NCBI GenBank assembly: GCA_947627365.1
Contig: CANQVT010000006.1
Location: 3,262 to 67,261 of the forward strand
DNA: 64,000 nucleotides
Origin: an uncultured Lachnospiraceae bacterium
GTDB lineage: Bacteria > Bacillota > Clostridia > Lachnospirales > Lachnospiraceae
Reading direction: 5' to 3'
The notes beneath the pieces are model-generated. The model was not told the origin of the DNA, did not search any database, and worked only from the letters and a program-made list of their open reading frames with translations. Each line of letters starts with the position of its first letter. The first letter of the stretch is position 1. Both the position numbers and the translations under genes were made by a program. Shown piece after piece: positions 55,942 through 64,000 of the stretch.

Positions 55942-57888
55942 ATGATACAGACGAAAAAGCTGACACAATTTTATATTTCACAGTACGAGACGCAGGCCAG
56001 AAAGAAGCAGAAAAGGCCGGGCAATCTGGCGGATCTGGAGGGACGTGCCGCGCGTTTCTGGCGGACGCTGAAGGGCGCGCGGCCGTCGCGTGTGAGCAGC
56101 AATGTTCTGGAGGATTACCACAAGCAGATTAAGAATATGATATTTTTCGCGGTGCGCAGGCAGCAGGAGAAGGTGCTGAGGATGATACGGGAGGACATGA
56201 TTCCGAAGCTGATCCAGCTTGATCTTGGGATGCTTCTGCCGCAGCAGAGGGACGCGCTGAACGGGGAATTCCTCGCGTTTTTGAGAAGGCAGATGCCCTG
56301 CGCGATCTGCAGCAAGCCGCTCTTTGTGCTGTATCCGCGCTATGTACATTTTCAGCTGGAAAGCAAGATCCTGGATCTCGTGCCGACGCGGCCGGAGCTG
56401 GAGTTCCCGGAGGCGCTGGAGATGCAGCGGCATTTCGTCCTACACATCGGGCCGACGAACAGCGGCAAGACCTTCCAGGCGCTGGAACGGCTGAAGCAGG
56501 TGAACCGCGGCGCTTATCTCGGGCCGCTGCGTCTGCTCGCGCTCGAGGTGTACGAGCGCATGATGGGCTTCGGGGTGCCGTGTACGATGCTGACCGGGCA
56601 GGAGTGCATTGAGGAGCCGGACAGCCGCGTCACGGCGTCGACGATCGAGATGGCGGATCTCGATGAAAATTATGAGGTGGCGGTGATCGACGAGGCGCAG
56701 ATGATGACGGACCCGGAGCGCGGACACTCCTGGACGCGGGCGATCCTCGGCTTGAAAGCGAAGGAGATCCACGTCTGCTCCAGCCCTACCGCCGAGGAGG
56801 TGCTGAAGCACCTGATCGAGCTGTGCGGCGACAGCTATGAGATCCACCGCTATGAGCGTAAGACGAAGCTGGTCTTCGAGGACAGGCCGTTTGAGTTTCC
56901 GGACGACGTGCGAAAAGGCGACGCGCTGATCACTTTTTCCAAGAAGTCGGTGCTCGACGTGGCCGGGCGTCTCGAGGAGTGTGGCGTCAATGCGAGCATC
57001 ATCTACGGGAGCCTGCCGCCGGAGATCCGCCGTCGCCAGATGCGGCTGTTCACGAGCGGGAGGACAAAGGTGGTCGTCTCGACCGACGCGATCGGTATGG
57101 GGCTGAATCTCCCGGTGAAGCGCATCATCTTTCTGCAGGCGGACAAGTTTGACGGGACGGACCGCCGTCCTTTGAAGACCGGCGAGATCAAGCAGATCGC
57201 GGGGCGCGCGGGCCGCTACGGCATTTATGATACCGGCTACATCACGGCGATGGGCGAGGATGAATTGAAATATATCAAAGAAAAATACGAGGAGCCGGAG
57301 GCGCCGATCGAGAAGGTGAGTCTGGGCTTCCCGCAGGTGCTTCTGGATCTGGACGAGCCGCTGGACGACATTTTGAAGGTCTGGTGCTCCGTGGCGCCTT
57401 CCGATCCGTTCGAGAAGGAGAATGTGGACGAGGCCCTGTTCCTGTACGAGCGGGCCTATAAGGTGAAGGGGCAGATCGAAGACTTTGACAACAAGCGCAT
57501 GCTCTACCGCATGATCACCTGCCCGATCGATATCAAGGACAAGCGCGTGGTGGATCTCTGGCTGGACTACTGCCGGACGTATTCCGCGGATGTGTCGCTG
57601 ACGAAGCCGCGACTGGAGCGCAGGGGCTGGCAGGGCATCCTGCAGTACGAGACCTATTACAAGCAGCTCGATCTGTACTACCAGTTTTCCCAGCGCATGG
57701 GAAAGATCATCGATGAGAACTGGCTGAAGCGCGAGCGAGAGAAGACCGAGGCAAATATCATGCGCTATCTGACGAAGGGTAAGTCGGATTACATCGCGCG
57801 CTGTCCGTACTGCGGCAAACCGCTGCCGCTCGGCTACCCGTATCGGGCGTGCGAGGAATGCCGCAAAGAGATGAGAAATATAGGATAA
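55942..57888 (+). CDS. Suv3-like SF2 helicase with C-terminal zinc finger
   Basis: HIGPTNSGKT, GPLRLLA.E, IDEAQM, YGSLPP, TDAIGMGLNL, QIAGRAGR; CPYC...CEEC. Confidence 0.87.
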   Translation: MIQTKKLTQFYISQYETQARKKQKRPGNLADLEGRAARFWRTLKGARPSRVSSNVLEDYHKQIKNMIFFAVRRQQEKVLRMIREDMIPKLIQLDLGMLLPQQRDALNGEFLAFLRRQMPCAICSKPLFVLYPRYVHFQLESKILDLVPTRPELEFPEALEMQRHFVLHIGPTNSGKTFQALERLKQVNRGAYLGPLRLLALEVYERMMGFGVPCTMLTGQECIEEPDSRVTASTIEMADLDENYEVAVIDEAQMMTDPERGHSWTRAILGLKAKEIHVCSSPTAEEVLKHLIELCGDSYEIHRYERKTKLVFEDRPFEFPDDVRKGDALITFSKKSVLDVAGRLEECGVNASIIYGSLPPEIRRRQMRLFTSGRTKVVVSTDAIGMGLNLPVKRIIFLQADKFDGTDRRPLKTGEIKQIAGRAGRYGIYDTGYITAMGEDELKYIKEKYEEPEAPIEKVSLGFPQVLLDLDEPLDDILKVWCSVAPSDPFEKENVDEALFLYERAYKVKGQIEDFDNKRMLYRMITCPIDIKDKRVVDLWLDYCRTYSADVSLTKPRLERRGWQGILQYETYYKQLDLYYQFSQRMGKIIDENWLKREREKTEANIMRYLTKGKSDYIARCPYCGKPLPLGYPYRACEECRKEMRNIG

Positions 57889-58123
57889 CAATATCGTAAA
57901 TATGCCGAAAAAGCGTAAGGGCATCCGTGGAAATAAAAGGTGAATTTGACAGATATCATATGCCAAATATATGGAAATATAGTTGAAGCGCACAAAAAAG
58001 AAGAATATTCGTGGAAGACAGAAAGATTTTATAGTGTTTTTGCGAAAAAGAAATGATATTCTTATAGGGCAAAAAGGTTGTTGCGTGAAACAAAGAATTC
58101 AATTTTAAGGAGGGATTTTTCTT

Positions 58124-59392
58124 ATGAGAAAAGCATTTTCAATCGTCATGGCTGCGGCGCTTGCCGGCTCTATGATGGCAGTCACAGTATCTGCAAGCGA
58201 TGTGGCGAACGCGGATAAGCCGGTTGCATGGTTCAACCGTCAGCCGTCCAACTCGCAGACCGGTGAGCTCGACATGGATGCTCTTACCTGGAATGAAGAT
58301 ACTTATTATGTAGGATTCGACGCGAAGCAGGGCGCTGAGCTGCAGGGCGAGATGATCGTCGACTACGTGAAGGCACACGGCGCAGAGCTCGACCGCAACG
58401 GTGACGGTGTTCTCGGCTATGTACTTTGCATCGGCGACATCGGACACAACGATTCCATCGCGCGTACCCGTGGCGCACGTAAAGCGCTCGGGACAGCTGT
58501 TCCGGATTCCTCTCAGGGCAAAGAGTCCATCGAGACGATCGACGACGTAGATTCTCAGCCGATCGGCACGAACACGGATGGGTCCGCGACGGATGTTCAG
58601 GACGGTTCGATCACGCTGGACGACGGGACAGAGCTTGTTGTGCGTGAGCTGGCTTCGCAGGAGATGAAGAACAACTCCGGCGCTACCTGGGATGCTCCGA
58701 CAGCCGGCAATGCGATCGCTACCTGGAGCGCAGCTTTCGGCGATCAGATTGATATCGTTGTCTCCAACAACGACGGCATGGGCATGGCAGTCTTCAATGC
58801 ATGGTCCCATGAGAACAATGTTCCGACCTTCGGATACGATGCAAACAGCGACGCTGTGGCAGCTATCGCTGATGGATACTGCGGAACGATCTCCCAGAAT
58901 GCTGACGTTCAGGCTTACCTGACGCTCCGTGTTCTGCGCAACGCTCTGGACGATGCAGACATCATGACCGGTATCGGCACTCCGGATGCAGCGGGCAACG
59001 TTCTGTCCGAGGATCTGTTCTACTATGACGAGGAGACCCGTTGCTTCTACGCTCTGAACGGCGCTGTTACGGCAGACAATTATGAGAGCTTCCTGGATGC
59101 GACCGCACCGAACGCTGCATTCTCCAATCAGCTTTCCGAGGACGACGCACCGGTCAAGAAGGTATGGCTGGACATCTTCAACTCCACCGATAACTTCCTG
59201 AACGCTACCTATCTTCCGCAGCTGCAGAACTACGACAAGATCATGAATCTGGAAGTCGAGTACATCAAGGGCGACGGACAGACCGAGGCGAACATCACCG
59301 ACAGACTGGCGAATCCGGGCGAGTATGACGCATTCGCGATCAACATGTGCAAGACAGACAACGCGGCAGCTTACACCGCGAAGCTCCAGTAA
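58124..59392 (+). CDS. mglB: Galactose/glucose ABC substrate-binding protein (circularly permuted MglB-like)
   Basis: P..WFNRQP, YYVG.D, DRNGDG Ca-binding loop, GH.D...RT, NNDGMG, FGYDA; lies upstream of mglA. Confidence 0.82.
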   Translation: MRKAFSIVMAAALAGSMMAVTVSASDVANADKPVAWFNRQPSNSQTGELDMDALTWNEDTYYVGFDAKQGAELQGEMIVDYVKAHGAELDRNGDGVLGYVLCIGDIGHNDSIARTRGARKALGTAVPDSSQGKESIETIDDVDSQPIGTNTDGSATDVQDGSITLDDGTELVVRELASQEMKNNSGATWDAPTAGNAIATWSAAFGDQIDIVVSNNDGMGMAVFNAWSHENNVPTFGYDANSDAVAAIADGYCGTISQNADVQAYLTLRVLRNALDDADIMTGIGTPDAAGNVLSEDLFYYDEETRCFYALNGAVTADNYESFLDATAPNAAFSNQLSEDDAPVKKVWLDIFNSTDNFLNATYLPQLQNYDKIMNLEVEYIKGDGQTEANITDRLANPGEYDAFAINMCKTDNAAAYTAKLQ

Positions 59393-59433
59393 TATTGGCC
59401 GGAAGGTTCCGAATAAGTAATTATTAGAGGGCG

Positions 59434-59472
59434 GGCCATCAGGAAGTTCTCTTTCTGGTGGCCTTCTTTTTT
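59434..59472 (+). terminator. Hairpin and U-tract between the binding-protein gene and mglA
   Basis: GGCCATCAGGAAG / CTTTCTGGTGGCC followed by TTCTTTTTT. Confidence 0.7.
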
Positions 59473-59505
59473 GAGAGATGAGGAGAAAGGGACAGGAGTG
59501 TAACA

Positions 59506-61014
59506 ATGGCTGATAAGAATGAAAGAACCGTCTTATCGATCCGGGGGATGTGCAAGTCCTTCGGGCGAAACCGCGTTCTCGACCACATCAATCTGGATGT
59601 GAAGGAAGGCACCATCATGGGGCTGATGGGAGAGAACGGCGCCGGTAAGTCGACAATGATGAAATGTCTGTTCGGCACCTATCAGAAGGACGAAGGAACG
59701 ATCCTCCTGAACGGAAAGGAAGTCAATTTCTTCGGGCCCAAGGATGCGCTGGAAAACGGCGTCGCAATGGTTCACCAGGAGCTGAATCAGTGTCTGGAAA
59801 GAAATGTAATCGATAATCTGTTCCTGGGACGCTATCCGAAAAACTCTGTGGGCGTCGTGGATGAGACCAGAATGAAGCGGGAGGCATCGGATCTGTTCCG
59901 GAGACTGAACATGACCGTAAATCTGACCGCTCCGATGAAGACGATGTCGGTCTCCGCAAGACAGATGGTGGAGATCGCCAAGGCAATCTCCTACGACGCG
60001 AGGCTGATCGTGCTGGATGAGCCGACGTCCTCCCTGACGGTCAAGGAGGTCGCAAAGCTGTTTGAGATGATGCGCAATCTAAAGGCGCAGGGGATCGCGC
60101 TGGTCTATATTTCTCATAAGATGGATGAGATCTTCGAGATCTGCGACGAGGTCTCCGTGCTTCGGGACGGCAATCTGGTCATGACCAAGTCCACCAAAGA
60201 TACGGATATGAATGAGCTGATCACGGCGATGGTGGGGCGCTCGCTCGACAATCGTTTCCCGCCTGTGGACAATACGCCGGGGGACACCGTGCTCTCTGTG
60301 CAGCATCTGACCACGAAGTTCGCGCCGAATCTGAAGGATATCACCTTCGACGTAAAGGAGGGCGAGATCTTCGGCCTGTACGGTCTGGTAGGCGCGGGCA
60401 GGACGGAGCTTCTGGAGACAATGTTCGGGGTGCGGACCAGGGCCGCGGGACGTGTGTATTACAAGGGACGATTGATGAATTTCATGGATGCGCAGGACGC
60501 CATGAAGCACGGCTTTGCCATGATCACGGAGGAGCGCAAGGCGACCGGTCTTTATCTGGAGGGCGATCTGACCTTCAACACAACGATCACCAATCTGGAG
60601 CATTACAAGACCGGCATCGCCCTTTCCAGGGACAAGATGGTAAAGGCGACCGCGAACGAGATCAACGTCATGCATACGAAGTGCATGGGTCCGTCCGACG
60701 CGATCACGGCTCTGTCCGGCGGAAATCAGCAGAAGGTGATTTTCGGAAAATGGCTCGAGCGGGATCCGGCGGTATTCCTGATGGATGAGCCGACGCGAGG
60801 CATCGACGTCGGGGCAAAGTACGAGATCTATGAGCTGATTATCCGGATGGCGAAAATGGGAAAGACGATCATTGTGGTATCTTCCGAGATGCCCGAGATC
60901 CTGGGCATCACGAACAGGATCGGCGTCATGTCCAACGGGCGGCTGGCCGGAATCGTAAACACAAAGGAAACCGATCAGGAGGAGCTCCTGAGACTCAGCG
61001 CCATGTATCTGTGA
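59506..61014 (+). CDS. mglA: Sugar (galactoside) ABC ATP-binding protein
   Basis: GENGAGKSTMMKCLFG, LDEPTSSL, YISHKM.E, LSGGNQQK, DEPTRGIDVGAK. Confidence 0.92.
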   Translation: MADKNERTVLSIRGMCKSFGRNRVLDHINLDVKEGTIMGLMGENGAGKSTMMKCLFGTYQKDEGTILLNGKEVNFFGPKDALENGVAMVHQELNQCLERNVIDNLFLGRYPKNSVGVVDETRMKREASDLFRRLNMTVNLTAPMKTMSVSARQMVEIAKAISYDARLIVLDEPTSSLTVKEVAKLFEMMRNLKAQGIALVYISHKMDEIFEICDEVSVLRDGNLVMTKSTKDTDMNELITAMVGRSLDNRFPPVDNTPGDTVLSVQHLTTKFAPNLKDITFDVKEGEIFGLYGLVGAGRTELLETMFGVRTRAAGRVYYKGRLMNFMDAQDAMKHGFAMITEERKATGLYLEGDLTFNTTITNLEHYKTGIALSRDKMVKATANEINVMHTKCMGPSDAITALSGGNQQKVIFGKWLERDPAVFLMDEPTRGIDVGAKYEIYELIIRMAKMGKTIIVVSSEMPEILGITNRIGVMSNGRLAGIVNTKETDQEELLRLSAMYL

Positions 61015-61062
61015 GAACCCTGGGCACTGAACAGTTATCTGTGATGGAGGAAAACGAAAATT

Positions 61063-62721
61063 ATGGCTACAGAAAACGGAAAGATCCTCTCGGTAGAGGA
61101 GGAGCAGAAGCTTCTGGCTCCGATTGACGAGTACGTTGGTAAGATTCAGGAGAAGATCGACGCGCTTCGCGTGGACGGCACGGATAAAGTGACATATCTC
61201 ACGAATCATATCGCCATCGTAAAAGAAAACGCCAACTATACAAAAGCCGAAAAAGCGTCGATTATCGCGAAGGCAAAGTCGGAGCTTTCGGCGGCAAAGG
61301 CGGTCGAGGAGAAAAACAAAGGGCAGATCAAGACCCTGGTGAACGACGCCGTAAAATACCTGAACGATCATTATGAGAAGGAGTATTACAGTAAGGTCGC
61401 GGAGTCTTGTGCGGCTGAGAAGGACGTCGAGAACAAGCGCTATGAGGCGGAGCTGGCGGAGCTGAAGTCGCACCATCAGGCAGAGCTTGCGAAGCTGACG
61501 GACCGAAATGAGATCAAGGACGAAAAATACGTCTACAAGAATGTGCAGTTTGACGCCAGGCTGAAGCATGAGGCGACTCTGCAGGAGATCAAGGACCGCC
61601 GGCATGACGCGTACGCGCACAAGTACCATCTGATCGATCTTCTGAGGCTCTCCAGATTCACGAGAGGCGAGAAGGCGAAGCAGAACTGGGAAAACTATAA
61701 ATATACCTTCAACACAAAGCAGTTCCTTCTGAACAACGGCCTTTATATCGCTATTATCTGCGTGTTTATTCTGCTTTGTGTTCTGGCTCCGGTCGTGAAG
61801 CATACGAGGCTGCTGACGGTAAACAATATTCTGAACATCCTTCAGGCCGCTTCGCCGCGTATGTTCCTGGCGCTGGGCGTCGGCGGACTGATCCTGCTGG
61901 GCGGCACGGACCTGTCGGTAGGACGTATGGTCGGCACGAGCATGGTGCTTGCGACCATGATTATGCACAAGGGGCCGAATACCGGCGCGATCTTCGGTAA
62001 AATGTTTGACCTGAGCGCTCTGCCGGTGGGCGTACGCATTGTCATGGCACTGGTGATCTGCTGCTGCGTCACGACGGCGTTCGCGAGCTTCGCGGGATTC
62101 TTCACCGCGAAATTCAAGATTCATCCGTTCATCTCGACGATGGCGAACATGCTGATCATGTTCGGTCTGATGACCTTCGCGACAAAGGGTATTTCCTTCG
62201 GCGCAATCGAGAATGATATTCCGTCGATGATCATGCCGAAGATCGGCGGACAGTTCCCGACGATCATACTCTGGGCGGTTGCGGCGGTCTGCGTGATGTA
62301 CTTTATCTGGAACAAGACAACGCTCGGCAAGAATATGTATGCGGTCGGCGGTAACGCGGAGGCGGCCGCAGTGTCCGGCATCTCCGTGTTTAAGGTGACG
62401 ATCACCGCGTTTGCCATCGCGGGTATCCTCTACGGCTGCGGCGCGTGGCTTGAGTGCATCCGAATGGTGGGCTCCGGTTCCGCATCCTACGGGCAGGGCT
62501 GGGAGACTGACGCAATCGCGGCCTGCGTGGTGGGCGGTATCTCCTTCAGCGGCGGTATCGGCAAGATCCAGGGCATCGTCGTCGGCGTCCTGATCTTTAC
62601 GGCGCTTACATATTCACTCACGATTCTGGGCGTGGATACGAACCTGCAGTTTGTATTTTCCGGCATTATCATTCTGGCTGCCGTGACGATCGACTGCCTG
62701 AAGTACATCCAGAAGAAATAA
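61063..62721 (+). CDS. mglC: Galactoside ABC permease with long soluble N-terminal extension
   Basis: GTDLS.GR, HPFI.T, GKNMYAVGGN.EAA..SG, DAIAACVVGG.SF.GG.GK. Confidence 0.88.
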   Translation: MATENGKILSVEEEQKLLAPIDEYVGKIQEKIDALRVDGTDKVTYLTNHIAIVKENANYTKAEKASIIAKAKSELSAAKAVEEKNKGQIKTLVNDAVKYLNDHYEKEYYSKVAESCAAEKDVENKRYEAELAELKSHHQAELAKLTDRNEIKDEKYVYKNVQFDARLKHEATLQEIKDRRHDAYAHKYHLIDLLRLSRFTRGEKAKQNWENYKYTFNTKQFLLNNGLYIAIICVFILLCVLAPVVKHTRLLTVNNILNILQAASPRMFLALGVGGLILLGGTDLSVGRMVGTSMVLATMIMHKGPNTGAIFGKMFDLSALPVGVRIVMALVICCCVTTAFASFAGFFTAKFKIHPFISTMANMLIMFGLMTFATKGISFGAIENDIPSMIMPKIGGQFPTIILWAVAAVCVMYFIWNKTTLGKNMYAVGGNAEAAAVSGISVFKVTITAFAIAGILYGCGAWLECIRMVGSGSASYGQGWETDAIAACVVGGISFSGGIGKIQGIVVGVLIFTALTYSLTILGVDTNLQFVFSGIIILAAVTIDCLKYIQKK

Positions 62722-62739
62722 GCTCTACAGAATTTTTTC

Positions 62740-62780
62740 GCGGGCTGCTGCATCGGACAATCGGTGCGCGGCCCGTTTTT
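62740..62780 (+). terminator. Intrinsic terminator
   Basis: CGGGCTGC..GCATCG / CGGTGCGCGGCCCG followed by TTTTT. Confidence 0.65.
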
Positions 62781-62873
62781 GCGTAATTGCCGCGACGGAC
62801 ATATTTTTACGGTGGACATTTTGTGCAGAGGGATTTAAACTATTCTTATATTTGACGAGGGGCGGTTGAGGAG

Positions 62874-64000
62874 ATGAAACGGTATTCCGTATTGCTTGTG
62901 GACGACGAGGAAGAGGTCATTCAGATCATTATGAAGAAAACCGACTGGGAGAGCATGGGCTTCTATGTGGCGGGATATGCGCACAACGGCGTGGAAGCGC
63001 TGGAGCTTGCGGAGGAATATCAGCCGGATGTGGTGATGACCGACATCAAAATGCCCTACATGGACGGACTGGAGCTGAGCCGGCGGCTGAAGGAGCTGTA
63101 CCGCACCGTAAAGATCATTATCTTTTCCGGCTTCGACGAATTTGAGTACGCGAAGGAATCCATCAAGCTCGACGTGGAAGAATATATTCTGAAGCCTGTG
63201 GACGCGAATGAGCTGCGCGAGGTCTTTGGCAGGGTGAAGGATAAGCTGGACCGGGAGATGGGCGAGAAGAGAAACATAGACAAGCTCCGGAAGTATTACA
63301 TGGAGAGCCTCCCGCTTTTGCAGGAAAATTTTTACACTTCCCTGATCGAGGGCAGGATCCCGAAAGACCAGATCGGGAAATTCCTGGTCGATTACCAGAT
63401 CAATCCGGGCGGGCCCTGCTACATCGTGACGATCCTTCACGTCAGCTCCGGCGGAGACTAGGTCGAGCTCAATTCCCTTCTGATGACGGTGTCGGTGAAG
63501 AGGCTTGCGGAGGAGCAGCTGACGGAGCGGTATCACTGCAGGACGCTGCTCTACCTGGGGGATATCGTCCTGATCTCCCAGCTGGGGTCGGCGGCGGCGG
63601 TCACCGCGTACACGGACGATATGGATGAATTCTGCCGTCTGGCGAAGAAGGTCTGCGAGGTTCCGGTGACGGCAGGAGTGGGGCAGGTCTGCGACAAGCT
63701 TGAGGATCTCGGCGTCTCTTACCAGGGTGCAAGGAACGCCGTCTCCTACCGCGCGCTGTACGGAAACACCCGCGCCATCAATATCGCGGAGATCGAGCCG
63801 CAGGAGCTGACGAGGGAAGCATGGGAGGACCAGGCGATCCACGAGATCCTGAAGAAGATCAAGATCGGAGATCGGAGGGAGCTGGAGGAGGAGATCGTCC
63901 GCTGTGTGAGCCAGCTGTCGAGGAGCAGGACTTCTCTGCAGAAATACAGGATTTTTATCATGGAGCTGATCGTGGAGATGGCGCGCTTCGGCAACAGCAA
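62874..64000 (+). pseudogene. YesN-like two-component response regulator with an internal TAG (runs off the window end)
   Basis: Receiver motifs LVDDE, TDIKMP.MDG, YILKP; TAG at 63459-63461; the same frame stays open with YesN-like sequence (VTAGVG...SY..A..A..YR) to base 64000. Confidence 0.75.

Noticed and set aside
63459-63461. Genome-wide TAG reassignment or pyrrolysine
   Set aside because: TAG ends several genes here at their expected C-termini, and no pyl genes are in the window.

Overview
This is a chromosomal segment from a spore-forming Clostridia bacterium, probably Lachnospiraceae-like; spore markers include SASP, a Csp protease, CotJ and a CwlD-like amidase. It is mostly housekeeping and transport genes: proS with a Pro T-box, a LIV ABC operon, a PadR/PspC operon, holA, sua5-rpiB, ispF, cysS-mrnC-rlmB, queT with a preQ1-I riboswitch, and an mgl galactoside ABC system. 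Two regions stand out. (1) At 33.1-42.7 kb, three tandem paralogous secreted proteins (BspA-type LRR, low-complexity stalk, His/Cys zinc-ribbon-like repeats) each have their own c-di-GMP-I riboswitch, and two also have a candidate novel structured leader RNA. (2) An AT-rich 2.5-kb integrase-less islet is inserted into the 3' end of the Csp germination protease gene, where it supplies a replacement C-terminus, and carries an XRE-HTH plus DUF6036-like nucleotidyltransferase pair. Other observations are a circularly permuted MglB, several probable pseudo-enzymes, a long dsRNA hairpin directly after the Mini-III gene, phased repeats upstream of an AAA-nuclease gene, and an in-frame TAG in the terminal response regulator. 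All calls come from reading motifs by eye; no database searches were run.
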